64,000 bases of DNA from contig OY969554.1 of assembly GCA_963700985.1 (NCBI GenBank), positions 896,001-960,000 on the forward strand, written 5' to 3'. A program made the translations under genes and the position numbers. Under the pieces are notes generated by a model that made no database searches, was not told the DNA's origin, and saw only the letters and a program-made list of their open reading frames with translations. This DNA comes from an uncultured Chlamydiales bacterium (lineage in GTDB: Bacteria; Chlamydiota; Chlamydiia; Chlamydiales; Rhabdochlamydiaceae). Of this stretch, positions 48,909-58,496 are shown piece after piece. How positions within the stretch are numbered: the stretch's first letter is position 1; every line of letters begins with the position of its first letter.

Positions 48909-49457
48909 CTAATCGAGATCTATTTGAATAAGTTGCGCTGAATGAGATTCAACATTCCCAATCGTGTTTGTATGGCTCGTATTCAAGCATAGCCAAACCG
49001 ACTTGAACCGCATCAGTGAAATGCCAGGCAAAAGATTTGTTATATGCGCATTACTTTTGAGATCCCGGGGATCCAAGTAAATGGATTCAGGAATGATGAT
49101 TAGGATTCCTTTGCCATATTTTTTTATTAAATCATCGTACGAAGCTTTTGCGTCTTTTTTCAATATAGACTGAATGATAGGCCCTTTTACTTCTTGTGTA
49201 TAACTTGAAGAAGGCAAATCCAAATCCAATGATTCATAACGCATCTTTTTACTATTCAATCCTTTTGCTAAGGCTTTCTGTTCAGGCGTACCACGCCTCG
49301 GCCACGCAGTTGTTACCTCTACCCAGTCGATAACCCTTGTATGGGTATATTCAATGATTGCCTCAGGTAAAGCGCGCCGTTCCTTTATAATTGCATCCTT
49401 AAGCGCGCAGAAGAGCTTAAGGGCTAAATCTTCAATTGCTTTTGTACGTTCAGACAT
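48909..49457 (-). CDS. Hypothetical protein
   Basis: ATG 49457; the longer ORF call runs through the tRNA trailer and was trimmed. Confidence 0.55.
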   Translation of the reverse strand: MSERTKAIEDLALKLFCALKDAIIKERRALPEAIIEYTHTRVIDWVEVTTAWPRRGTPEQKALAKGLNSKKMRYESLDLDLPSSSYTQEVKGPIIQSILKKDAKASYDDLIKKYGKGILIIIPESIYLDPRDLKSNAHITNLLPGISLMRFKSVWLCLNTSHTNTIGNVESHSAQLIQIDLD

Positions 49458-49493
49458 GATTAGCGACCTTCTAAAATTGAAGAAGAGCGGTGT

Positions 49494-49636
49494 GCCCCCT
49501 CGCGCCGCTCTCGCGGCTACGGGGGCTCGGGTGGTTTGCAGAGCAAACTCACCCGAGACTCGAGTCACACTCGGAAGCCAAACTTTTGGCTTCCTCGCCC
49601 CCAATAAAAAAACCCACCGATTGGTGGGTTTATTAT
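49494..49636. repeat. Multi-hairpin element containing an inverted copy of the tRNA-Tyr 3' end and the tRNA operon terminator
   Basis: 49560-49570 is complementary to 49645-49655 and 49596-49607 to 49633-49644. Hairpins at 49494-49526, 49526-49557, 49573-49594 and 49610-49631. Confidence 0.75.
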
Positions 49637-49718
49637 TGGGGGCGGTGTGACTCGAACACACGAAGCCCGAAGGCGAGAGATTTACAGTCTCTTGTAATTG
49701 CCACTATACGACACCCCC
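49637..49718 (-). tRNA. tRNA-Tyr (GTA)
   Basis: GGGGGTG/CGCCCCC acceptor stem, AGAGA-CTGTAAA-TCTCT anticodon arm, long variable arm, TTCGAGT loop; no encoded CCA. Confidence 0.95.
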
Positions 49719-49728
49719 GGAAAAAGAA

Positions 49729-49801
49729 TGCTGGCGAAAGGAATTGAACCCTCAACCATCCGATTACAAATCGGGCGCTCTGCCAATTGAGCTACGCCAG
49801 C
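49729..49801 (-). tRNA. tRNA-Thr (TGT)
   Basis: GCTGGCG/CGCCAGC acceptor stem, CCGAT-TTGTAA-TCGG anticodon arm, GGTTCAATTCC. Confidence 0.95.
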
Positions 49802-49815
49802 AAAATAGAGGTTTG

Positions 49816-49844
49816 GTTATAACAAAGGAAATCTTTCCTCTCAA
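49816..49844 (-). promoter_or_regulatory. Sigma70/sigma66-type promoter of tRNA-Thr/Tyr
   Basis: TTGAGA-17 nt-TATAAC with extended TG, just upstream of tRNA-Thr. Confidence 0.65.
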
Positions 49845-49862
49845 GTCCTTTGTAATAGCTTC

Positions 49863-50135
49863 TTAGAGCGGTGTATCCTTGGTGTCTGGATGATCTTGAG
49901 GAGGAGGTGGGGTCTGAACCTTGGGGGCCACGATGCGCTGAAAAAAGCCTGTGGAGAGCTTAGCGGCTTTATCGGTTTCGACAATTTTCTTGCCTGTTGC
50001 CGGGCCACCTTGGGGGCCACCATTGGACAAAACCTGAGCATCAAATTTTTTGTGCTTAACTTTGTCTTCACAGCACTTCTTAAACTTCTTTCCTGAGCCG
50101 CATGGGCAAGGGTCGTTACGTCCGACTTTTTCCAT
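49863..50135 (-). CDS. SEC-C motif protein
   Basis: [19 protein letters not shown] at the N-terminus. Confidence 0.85.
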   Translation of the reverse strand: MEKVGRNDPCPCGSGKKFKKCCEDKVKHKKFDAQVLSNGGPQGGPATGKKIVETDKAAKLSTGFFQRIVAPKVQTPPPPQDHPDTKDTPL

Positions 50136-50232
50136 TTGAACCTATGCCTCTATAATGATTGATCCAATCTCTCATAAGAAATATAATTTTTCGCAGAATT
50201 CTACTTCAGAAAAAAGATGAAGTCAAAACTAA

Positions 50233-51003
50233 ATGTCTCTTTTACTCGCTAAAAACCTACAGGCCTCGTTGCCTATCGCCTCCCCTCCTTGGACTAAGCT
50301 TGGAAAGAGGCTGGAGAGCATGTGTCGTAAGGCTATCTACGAATTTTCATTGCTAGATGACAGCAAGAAAATCGCCTTGGCCTTAAGCGGTGGCAAAGAT
50401 AGCTTGGGTCTACTTTTTCTTTTAAAAGCTATCTCTGGGCGTGGGCTGCCAGAGCTAGACTTGCATGCGATTCATGTGCAGGGCGAGTTCTCTTGTGGTG
50501 CTTCGATGAAAGAAGATTATTTACAAAGGGTCTGTGAAAAACTGGGTATAGGCTTTAGTGTATGCACATCTGAACAGAAGCGTGAAAAATTAGAGTGTTA
50601 CAGTTGCTCAAGAGAGCGAAGGCGGCTGATTTTTGAAGAAGCTAAGCGTGTGGGAGCTACGACGATCGCTTTTGGGCACCACCGTGACGATAGTAATCAG
50701 ACGTTACTCATGAATCTTTTACATAAGGCGGAGTTTGCGGCCCTGCTGCCCAAAGTGCCTATGCACGATTATGGCATTACCATCATCCGGCCTCTCATCT
50801 ACGTCTCTGAAGAAGAGCTAACAGAGTTTGCCAAATTATATGGGTTTGCAAGGCTGGTCTGTCAGTGTCCGGTGGGTCAAAACTCACTGCGCAAAAAAAC
50901 AGCTAAGCTGATCTCTGAACTGAAAGAGCTCTATCCGAACGTCGAGGAGAATCTGGCGCAAGCGGGTTTAAATTATGGCTCCGATAAAGCTTGTAGAACT
51001 TAA
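50233..51003 (+). CDS. ttcA: tRNA 2-thiocytidine biosynthesis protein (PP-loop ATPase)
   Basis: SGGKDS, CYSC, GHHRDD, IIRPL, CPVG. Confidence 0.8.
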   Translation: MSLLLAKNLQASLPIASPPWTKLGKRLESMCRKAIYEFSLLDDSKKIALALSGGKDSLGLLFLLKAISGRGLPELDLHAIHVQGEFSCGASMKEDYLQRVCEKLGIGFSVCTSEQKREKLECYSCSRERRRLIFEEAKRVGATTIAFGHHRDDSNQTLLMNLLHKAEFAALLPKVPMHDYGITIIRPLIYVSEEELTEFAKLYGFARLVCQCPVGQNSLRKKTAKLISELKELYPNVEENLAQAGLNYGSDKACRT

Positions 51004-51029
51004 AACGCGTTGAACTTATTATTTTCTCT

Positions 51030-52460
51030 ATGACAACACAATTTTTCGAGCTCTCGGCTATCTTCCTTTACCTGTGCGTACTTTTAGCCATTGGCTTTCT
51101 ATCCTATCGTAAACAGCAATCTGCGGCAGATTTTATTATTGGCAGCCGCTCGCTAAATTGCTGGCTAACAGCTCTTGCAGCGCATGCAAGTGATATGAGC
51201 AGCTGGATGTTTATGGGCTACCCTGCAGCGGTGTTTTTGAGCGGTTATATCAGCGCATGGACGGCAGTGGGCCTGATTGTCTTCATGTTTTTGAACTGGC
51301 AGTTGGTTGCGCCTAAAATTCGCGTCGCAACTGAAAAATACAACAGCCTAACCTTCTCTTCTTTCTTTGAAAGTCGGCTTGCCGATACTTCGGGAATGAT
51401 CCGTCTTTTTACGGCTGTGATGTCGCTCTTTTTCTACACGATTTATATCTCAGCGGGTTTTGTGGGGCTGGGAATTTTAATCCAAACGCTCTTCGGCATC
51501 CCTTATGAAATAGGCATCGTGCTTGGAATTCTGATCGTTGTGCCTTACGTCTTCATCGGAGGTTATGTCACTCTTGCCTGGCTGGATCTATTCCAGGGGT
51601 TATTTTTGATGCTGGTAATTCTGTTTGTGCCCTTTTATCTTTTACCTAAGGTTGGTGGCTACGAAGCTATCTCCCAAACAATTACGGCCAAGGGTCTGGT
51701 GAATACGATGTTTCCAGATTTTTCGGTTAAGGGATATCTGGAGATTCTCTTCATGATTGGAGGCTTTGGCTTGGGGTATTTTGGTCAGCCACATATTGTA
51801 ACCAAGTTCATGGGTATTAAGCATGTCGATGAGATGTCCAAATCAAAATATATCGGCATGAGCTGGATGACTATTTCACTTGCTGCGGCAACTTTTGTGG
51901 GATTAGTCGCTATCGCCTATTTCAAAGATGGGATTAACGACCCCGAACAAGCATTCATCTTAATGGTAAGCCAGAGTTTTCATCCGATGCTTGTGGGCCT
52001 TTTCCTCTGCGCAATTTTAGCCGCAACAATTAATGCCACTAGCTCTCAAGTGCTTGTGCTTAGCTCCACGCTAACTGAAGATTTTTACAAGCGGATGTTC
52101 CGCAAGACGGCTTCTTCAAAAGAATTGCTTCTGGTATCGCGCCTGGGTGTCATTTTCGTAGCCATCCTTTCTTTTCTGATCGCATTTGCTAAAGTGAGCT
52201 CGATTTACGCACTGGTGCAATATGCTTGGTCTGGTTTAGGCGCCTCTTTTGGACCTTTGCTTCTGCTCTGCCTCTATTCGAAAAAAGTGACTAAGGAGGG
52301 TGCTTGGGCAGGAATTCTTCTCGGGGGCTTAATCTCTGCGATCTGGCCCTCTTTCTCCACCATTCCTCCGCTTATTCCAGGTTTCTTTGGAAGTCTCTTT
52401 GTAATTTTGATTGTGTCGAGCTTTACGTCAAAAGAATCCCAGTCAAAAATTAAAAAATAA
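51030..52460 (+). CDS. putP: Sodium/proline symporter
   Basis: ASDMSSW, GLGYFGQPHI, YAWSGLGASFGP. Confidence 0.85.
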   Translation: MTTQFFELSAIFLYLCVLLAIGFLSYRKQQSAADFIIGSRSLNCWLTALAAHASDMSSWMFMGYPAAVFLSGYISAWTAVGLIVFMFLNWQLVAPKIRVATEKYNSLTFSSFFESRLADTSGMIRLFTAVMSLFFYTIYISAGFVGLGILIQTLFGIPYEIGIVLGILIVVPYVFIGGYVTLAWLDLFQGLFLMLVILFVPFYLLPKVGGYEAISQTITAKGLVNTMFPDFSVKGYLEILFMIGGFGLGYFGQPHIVTKFMGIKHVDEMSKSKYIGMSWMTISLAAATFVGLVAIAYFKDGINDPEQAFILMVSQSFHPMLVGLFLCAILAATINATSSQVLVLSSTLTEDFYKRMFRKTASSKELLLVSRLGVIFVAILSFLIAFAKVSSIYALVQYAWSGLGASFGPLLLLCLYSKKVTKEGAWAGILLGGLISAIWPSFSTIPPLIPGFFGSLFVILIVSSFTSKESQSKIKK

Positions 52461-52520
52461 TTTATGGTGAGAAGTTATAAAGCTCTCGCTATAGTTTCTT
52501 AAAATTTTAGGATCATAATC

Positions 52521-53333
52521 ATGCAAAAAAAACTACGCATCTTGATCACCAATGACGACGGCATCGACGCACCAGGGATTAAACACCTTTGGGCTGCTCT
52601 GGTTGATCATTTCGAAGTATTCGTTGTGGCGCCAAGTTCAGAAAAATCTGGAACGGGCCTGGGTATCACCATGAGAGATCCTCTTCATATTCAAGAAGTA
52701 AACTGGGGCGATAAAACTCGCGCATGGAAGATCTCTGGAACTCCAGCTGATTGCGTACGCATCGGCATGAGTTTACTTTTAGAGGGACGTCCTGACCTGA
52801 TCGTTTCAGGAATCAATCGCGGCTCAAACTCTGGAAGAAACGTGCTTTATAGCGGAACTGTCGGCGGTGCAATTGAAGGCGTACTCAGAAATGTTCCAAG
52901 CGTGGCTTTTTCTTGTGAAGAATATTACAATCCAGACTTCGCCTTAGCGCAGAAGTATGTTTTGCCGATTGTCAATTACCTGCTGGCACACGCTTTACCT
53001 CCCGGCACATTGTTAAATGTCAACTTCCCTACTTCCTCCGACATTCGCGGAGTGAAGCTCGCAAGTCAAGGACGTGGTTTTTGGATCGAAAATCCAGAAC
53101 AAAGAATGCACCCTGAAGGCACACCTTATTGCTGGTTAGGTGGAAAATGGCACCATCAAAATGAAGAAGATCACAGCGATGTTGCACTCTTAAAACGTGG
53201 CTACGTAGCTGCTGTTCCTATTCATGTGCATGAACTAACAGATCAGCTGGCGCTAAATGCGCATCGTGAGCAATTTGAAAAGAAAATGCTCTCTTCTCAC
53301 GACATGCTTGCAACAGCCGATAAGAGCTCTTAG
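52521..53333 (+). CDS. surE: 5'/3'-nucleotidase SurE
   Basis: ILITNDDG, SGTPADCV, SGINRGSN, YSGTVG. Confidence 0.95.
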   Translation: MQKKLRILITNDDGIDAPGIKHLWAALVDHFEVFVVAPSSEKSGTGLGITMRDPLHIQEVNWGDKTRAWKISGTPADCVRIGMSLLLEGRPDLIVSGINRGSNSGRNVLYSGTVGGAIEGVLRNVPSVAFSCEEYYNPDFALAQKYVLPIVNYLLAHALPPGTLLNVNFPTSSDIRGVKLASQGRGFWIENPEQRMHPEGTPYCWLGGKWHHQNEEDHSDVALLKRGYVAAVPIHVHELTDQLALNAHREQFEKKMLSSHDMLATADKSS

Positions 53334-53746
53334 TTTGAAGTTGTCTTAGCTTGTTTCTTGCGAATTTCACGTTCAAAGGAATCGAGGCGGATGAGAGCTT
53401 CTCTTTGAGCTTTTTCTATGAGATCTCTTCCCCCTTCTAATTTGCATAGCCTGGCTAGTTCATCTTTGAGCCCATCTGCATACTCGTGTTCATAGTAAGC
53501 GGGGTCGATGCCCTCTTGCTCAGGGTGCGCCAACTGAAACTCTTTGGCTTCGATGATCAGATTGATGAGGGCGCTAAACAGCTTTTTTAATTCGGGCAGG
53601 TTTGCGGCAAGCTCATCACGGGTATGGATCTTCTGCAAATCTAGCGCTATGGTGCGACAAAGCGCTTCGCCTTGATATTGGTAATCTTCAAGCGAATTAG
53701 GCGAGCAGCCGAATAGAAATAGAAGCGGTAAAAATAGATAAATCAT
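53330..53746 (-). CDS. Hypothetical lipoprotein
   Basis: Lipobox LFGC; helical body. Confidence 0.7.
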   Translation of the reverse strand: MIYLFLPLLFLFGCSPNSLEDYQYQGEALCRTIALDLQKIHTRDELAANLPELKKLFSALINLIIEAKEFQLAHPEQEGIDPAYYEHEYADGLKDELARLCKLEGGRDLIEKAQREALIRLDSFEREIRKKQAKTTSN

Positions 53747-53841
53747 TTTTTTGTGGCGAGTTCCTGAGAAGCTGTCTTAGCCCTCCAACCTAATTAACCC
53801 TCGGGAAAAAGTCAAAAACTTCAAGGAAATGTAGAGAAGTG

Positions 53842-53870
53842 TTGAGTAAAATTGCTCCGCGCATTAGATT
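53842..53870 (+). promoter_or_regulatory. Probable sigma70/sigma66 promoter of tRNA-Val/Asp
   Basis: TTGAGT-17 nt-TAGATT, 16 nt upstream of tRNA-Val. Confidence 0.5.
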
Positions 53871-53886
53871 GTAAGGTCTTTATTTT

Positions 53887-53959
53887 GGGCGCATAGCTCA
53901 GTTGGTAGAGCGCCTGTCTTACACACAGGTGGTCATAGGTTCGAGTCCTGTTGCGCCCA
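53887..53959 (+). tRNA. tRNA-Val (TAC)
   Basis: GGGCGCA/TGCGCCC acceptor stem, CCTGT-CTTACAC-ACAGG anticodon arm, GGTTCGAGTCC. Confidence 0.95.
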
Positions 53960-53971
53960 TTTCGATTTTCT

Positions 53972-54045
53972 GCGGGAGTAGTTCAATTGGTTAGAGCACC
54001 GCCCTGTCACGGCGGAAGTTGCGGGTTCGAGCCCCGTCTCCCGCG
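53972..54045 (+). tRNA. tRNA-Asp (GTC)
   Basis: GCGGGAG/CTCCCGC acceptor stem, CCGCC-CTGTCAC-GGCGG anticodon arm, discriminator G. Confidence 0.95.
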
Positions 54046-54155
54046 CTCTTTTTGGTAAGTAGCCCAAATTACCTAAAGAGCGTCACATTTTTTCTGTACA
54101 TCCATACCCTCCATCCGTATCTTAGAGTGTGTAAAGCCAAGGAATTTTTTAATCT

Positions 54156-55064
54156 ATGCCCATGCTTCGCGCAAAGACCCGCACGACCATTCACCATGTC
54201 ATGTCCTTCTTTTGGATCATGATCGGGGCTGGCCTTGCCGCAGTATCTATCCGCATCTTCCTGCTTCCGAATCAGCTGATTGACGGCGGAATTGTGGGCG
54301 TGGCTCTAATTCTAGCTCGCCTCTTTGGCGATAACTATCTCTCCTACTTCCTGATCCTGCTGAACATTCCGTTTCTGCATTTGGCCTATACATATATCCG
54401 TCGCACCTTTGTGATTCACATGGGAGCGGCCGTCGTCGTATTTGCCGGCTTTCTTTGGGCTTTAGAATATGCGCCTCACTTCATTGGCGATCCGCTCGAA
54501 GTAATCGTGATCGGCGGCGCAATTTTGGGGATTGGCGTGGGTTTAATTATCCGTCATGGCGGCTGCCTAGATGGCACTGAAATCCTGGCGATCTTGATCA
54601 ATCGCCGCAAAGGGTTTACCGTCGGACAAGTCGTGCTCTTTATCAACGTCTTCATCTTTGGCGCTTACGGCTGGATTTTTCAGGATTGGCACATTGCAAT
54701 TCGCTCGCTTATTACCTACATCGTTGCGTTTAAAATGATCGACCTCGTAATCGTGGGTCTAGATGAACTTAAGTCTGTGTTAATCATCTCCTCCAAGCCA
54801 AAAGAGCTGGGTGAAGTGATCATGAAAGAGTTGGGCTTAGGGCTGACTATCATGCATGGACGCGGCGGGTTTTCTGGCGAGTCACGCGAAATCCTGTTCA
54901 TCATTGTCGAACGTCTAGATCTAGCCGAGCTCAAAGAGATTATCTTAAGAGAAGATCCTGCAGCCTTTATGGCTATCGAGAATCTGCATGAGGTGGTTTA
55001 CGGAAAACAGGCTTACGTGCCCTATAAGAAAAAGGGTCGCAGTAAGCTCTTTTCAAAATCCTAA
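54156..55064 (+). CDS. YitT family membrane protein (with DUF2179)
   Basis: LIDGGIVG, GGCLDGTEILA, DPAAFM. Confidence 0.85.
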   Translation: MPMLRAKTRTTIHHVMSFFWIMIGAGLAAVSIRIFLLPNQLIDGGIVGVALILARLFGDNYLSYFLILLNIPFLHLAYTYIRRTFVIHMGAAVVVFAGFLWALEYAPHFIGDPLEVIVIGGAILGIGVGLIIRHGGCLDGTEILAILINRRKGFTVGQVVLFINVFIFGAYGWIFQDWHIAIRSLITYIVAFKMIDLVIVGLDELKSVLIISSKPKELGEVIMKELGLGLTIMHGRGGFSGESREILFIIVERLDLAELKEIILREDPAAFMAIENLHEVVYGKQAYVPYKKKGRSKLFSKS

Positions 55065-55078
55065 GCGGGAGATAGGCA

Positions 55079-55777
55079 ATGCAAAGAACCCCTCATAATG
55101 GCGATCTTTGCCCTCTTCCTCCTACACAACACATGATCGACGCCTGGCGCGTTTTTCGCATTCTCTCAGAGTTCGTAGAAGGCTTTGAATCGATGATCTC
55201 GATTGGACCATCTGTCTCCTTTTTCGGCTCTAACCAAACTAACACTTCAGATCCCTACTATAAACTTGCAGCCACCTTAGCCGGCAAAATTGCTAAAAAA
55301 GGTTTCGCGGTGATCACTGGTGGAGCCTCAGGAATCATGCAAGCAGCTAACGAAGGCGCAAGATCAGTCGATGGTCGCTCATGCGGCTTATGTATTGACC
55401 TTCCTACAGAAGAAGAGCCAAACCCCTATATCGATCGCCGATACCTGCTGCGCTTTCGCTACTTCTTTGTACGCAAGGTAATGTTTGTACGCTATGCACA
55501 GGCCTTTGTCGTCTTTCCAGGTGGGTTTGGCACACTCGATGAGCTATTTGAAGCACTTACCCTGATGCAAACAGAGAGAATCAGGCCCTTTCCTGTTTTT
55601 TTAGTAGGTAAGGAGTACTGGTCTGGTCTCTTAGACTGGCTAAACAATACGGTTGTAAAAGCAGGCAATCTCACTTCTGATGATATGAAACTCATCACGG
55701 TGACCGACGATCTTGATGAGATTGTGAGCGAAATCGAATCGCATTTCCAAAAATCTGCACGCGTCGAAAACTTCTAA
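55079..55777 (+). CDS. LOG family protein (TIGR00730 Rossmann fold)
   Basis: ITGGASGIM, YFFVRKVMF, PGGFGTLDE. Confidence 0.9.
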   Translation: MQRTPHNGDLCPLPPTQHMIDAWRVFRILSEFVEGFESMISIGPSVSFFGSNQTNTSDPYYKLAATLAGKIAKKGFAVITGGASGIMQAANEGARSVDGRSCGLCIDLPTEEEPNPYIDRRYLLRFRYFFVRKVMFVRYAQAFVVFPGGFGTLDELFEALTLMQTERIRPFPVFLVGKEYWSGLLDWLNNTVVKAGNLTSDDMKLITVTDDLDEIVSEIESHFQKSARVENF

Positions 55778-55801
55778 AAAGCTTTACTTTCCTTAAATAA
55801 A

Positions 55802-55829
55802 AAAGCCCAGGTCTTGAGACCTGGGCTTT
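55802..55829. terminator. Bidirectional terminator
   Basis: AAAGCCCAGGTC-TTGA-GACCTGGGCTTT between convergent genes. Confidence 0.8.
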
Positions 55830-55883
55830 GTTGAAGAATGAGAGATCAGGTTTTTCTTTATCCTGATTTTTTCATCCTTTGCC

Positions 55884-56921
55884 TTAGTAGTCGAAGCGTG
55901 CGTGCACGGTCAAGCCATGGAGCACGAGATCACCCTGTGGGAATAGATTAATTTGAGAGGGAGCTTCGAACTGATTCCACCAATATTGCGCTTCATATGC
56001 CGCGCCAAGATTGATGTAGCGATTCTTGCAAAAGCAAGTTCCCCAATCAAACCCTAACTGCAATTGCATATTTGGACGGACGCGGTGCTTATCAGCATTC
56101 AAATTGACAAGCACTAAACTACCGGTGTCATTCAAATTATACGTTCTTGAATAAGCATCTCTTTTTCCATAGAGCAACGCAGCATTAAGGCTGCCAAATA
56201 CTGCCCATCTTGAACCATAGCGTGTGCTGATTCCAAAACGAGGTCCAATCGCGAAAAAGTCGCTTCGCTGTTTGGCTCTAGTTACTTGTGAAGGATCAGT
56301 TAATACACCTGAATATGTAGTAACCACGTCTTGATCGATGCAAGCACCACGTAGACCAACTTGAGGTCTGATGCTAAGCTTGCGGCTAAGAAATAGGCTA
56401 CGACCGAACTCAAGATCTACTGTGTTGTATTTAAACTTGAATCGCGCTTGCGCTTCTGTAGCTGTTGCACCTGACGTTAAGTTCTCAAATGCGTTTATAA
56501 TGCCATCTGATGAGCCGGTTCTTGTGGTCTTTTTTGAATGGAGCCATGTCCAGTTTACATAGAGATCCCATCCATCATAAGGCAAGTTATAGCCAAGGCC
56601 TACTTTAAAGCCGGGGCGGAAACGGAAGTGAGGTTGCTCAATTCTTTGACTTTCTTTAATCGTGCCATCTGAAGATGTGCGTATTTTTTGCTTAATACCA
56701 TAGTCGATCTGATCATCAGTGACTTGCCAGTAGATAAAATCAGCCGTTACAAAAGGTCCATGCACTCTATGTGCACAGCCACGCGCTGTTGGTGTGATTA
56801 CTGGTTGCTCTTCTTGCGAAGAGTGTTTGTTTGAATTTCCATCTGCCCAGCTAGCAACTGGCAAACCGAGAAAAGCGAGAATATAAGCTGCAGATTTAAT
56901 CAAGTTCCGTTGTGAATCCAT
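55884..56921 (-). CDS. Lpg1974/MOMP-like outer-membrane beta-barrel protein
   Basis: DFIYWQ, PGFKVGLG, IGPRFG, YEAQYWWNQ, terminal GLTVHARFDY. Confidence 0.85.
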   Translation of the reverse strand: MDSQRNLIKSAAYILAFLGLPVASWADGNSNKHSSQEEQPVITPTARGCAHRVHGPFVTADFIYWQVTDDQIDYGIKQKIRTSSDGTIKESQRIEQPHFRFRPGFKVGLGYNLPYDGWDLYVNWTWLHSKKTTRTGSSDGIINAFENLTSGATATEAQARFKFKYNTVDLEFGRSLFLSRKLSIRPQVGLRGACIDQDVVTTYSGVLTDPSQVTRAKQRSDFFAIGPRFGISTRYGSRWAVFGSLNAALLYGKRDAYSRTYNLNDTGSLVLVNLNADKHRVRPNMQLQLGFDWGTCFCKNRYINLGAAYEAQYWWNQFEAPSQINLFPQGDLVLHGLTVHARFDY

Positions 56922-56999
56922 TATGTATCTCCTTGCAAGTTACAAATTCTGTAAATTTTTAATAGTCGTGCAATACAGGATTTTTTTACAAGAAAAAGA

Positions 57000-57893
57000 T
57001 TATGAAAATCTTTGCGATAAATATGAAGTTTGCTGTGAAACTTGATTGAGATAATCGCCATATTCGCTGGCGGAAAACTTTTTCGCGAGCTGCTTTAGAT
57101 CGTCTCCAGAGATATATCCCATTTGGTGAGCGATCTCTTCTATACATGCGATCTTAATTCCTTGGCGCTCTTGAATGGTCTGTACATACGCTGCTGCTTT
57201 TTGCAATGCATCCGGCGTACCTGTGTCCAACCAAGCGAAGCCCCGACCTAAAACACGCAGATGGAGTGATCCTCTTTTAAGATAGGCAAGATTGATATCG
57301 GTGATCTCAAGTTCTCCTCGCAAAGAAGGCTTGAGCTGTTTGGCAATCTCTATTACATCATTATCGTAAAAATAGAGACCGGTTACGGCATATTTTGAGC
57401 GTGCTACTTTGGGCTTCTCTTCGATCTGAGTAACGCGAAATTTCTCGTCAAATTCCACCACGCCATAACGCTCAGGATCTTTCACTTCATATCCAAAAAT
57501 AACAGCGCCAACTTCTAATTGACTACTGAGTTGAACAAGCGTTGGCAAATCATGGCCGTAAAAAATATTATCGCCCAAAACTAATGCCACACTGTCATCA
57601 CCGATAAAAGAAGCTCCAACAAGAAAGGCCTGCGCGATACCTTGTGGCTCGGGTTGTTCAGCATAAGAGATCTGTAATCCAAGATGAGAACCATCGCCAA
57701 AAAGTTGTTCAAAGCGCGGGAGGTCAATTGGAGTGGAAATGATGAGAATTTCTCGAATACCCGCTTGCATAAGAACCGAGAGAGGATAGTAAATAAGAGG
57801 CTTATCAAAGACGGGTAGAAGCTGTTTGCACGTTGAAAGAGTCAGCGGATAAAGCCGAGTGCCTTTCCCACCTGCCAGGATAATTCCTTTCAT
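57000..57893 (-). CDS. rfbA: Glucose-1-phosphate thymidylyltransferase
   Basis: [39 protein letters not shown]. Confidence 0.95.
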   Translation of the reverse strand: MKGIILAGGKGTRLYPLTLSTCKQLLPVFDKPLIYYPLSVLMQAGIREILIISTPIDLPRFEQLFGDGSHLGLQISYAEQPEPQGIAQAFLVGASFIGDDSVALVLGDNIFYGHDLPTLVQLSSQLEVGAVIFGYEVKDPERYGVVEFDEKFRVTQIEEKPKVARSKYAVTGLYFYDNDVIEIAKQLKPSLRGELEITDINLAYLKRGSLHLRVLGRGFAWLDTGTPDALQKAAAYVQTIQERQGIKIACIEEIAHQMGYISGDDLKQLAKKFSASEYGDYLNQVSQQTSYLSQRFS

Positions 57894-57917
57894 GGTTTTC
57901 TCTCGAGAAGCTAGTTT

Positions 57918-58496
57918 TTAAGCGTGCGGTAGATTTTCAACTAGAAGTGCGTATACTCCAGGAAGTCCGCGATAATGCTCTTTATAATCTAAACCATAGC
58001 CCACCACGAAACGATCTTCAATCTCAAACAGTACGTGATCTGGCCGATAGTCTGTTTTATGTGGCACCATCTTGGAAAGAAGGACGAGAGATTTTAAAGC
58101 TTTTGGCTGCTGCAGTTGCAAAAGCCTAATAGCTTCAGATAGAGTCGCACCAGAATCAAAGATATCATCGACCAGCAGGACATGCTTATCTTTGACATCG
58201 ATGTTTTCAAGACCTGAGAAAAAGAGTTCTCCGCGTTTCGTGCCTCCCTGACCATAGCTTGAACTTTGAATGAACTCGATCGAGCAAGGGATTTGTAAAT
58301 GGCGGATTAGATCAGCTACGAGGCAGAGCGCGCCTTTCATGATCATCACAATTGTAAGTTCTTGACCCTGGAAGTGCGCATCGAGCTCTTGGGCGACTTC
58401 TGTGATTTTATCCAGAATTGTCTGTTCAGAAATAAGAAGCTCTAGATGAGCAGAGTTCACTTTTCTAGTCTTTTTGAAGGGTAAAGTTGCATCCAT
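57918..58496 (-). CDS. hpt: Hypoxanthine phosphoribosyltransferase
   Basis: VLLVDDIFDSGATL, FVVGYGLDY..YRGLP. Confidence 0.9.
   Translation of the reverse strand: MDATLPFKKTRKVNSAHLELLISEQTILDKITEVAQELDAHFQGQELTIVMIMKGALCLVADLIRHLQIPCSIEFIQSSSYGQGGTKRGELFFSGLENIDVKDKHVLLVDDIFDSGATLSEAIRLLQLQQPKALKSLVLLSKMVPHKTDYRPDHVLFEIEDRFVVGYGLDYKEHYRGLPGVYALLVENLPHA

Noticed and set aside
49458-49747. N-terminal extension of ORF 48909..49661 and ORFs 49354..49650 and 49490..49747
   Set aside because: They run through tRNA-Tyr and its GC-rich hairpin trailer; open by chance.
54019-54222. 67-aa ORF
   Set aside because: Starts inside tRNA-Asp and overlaps the YitT gene.
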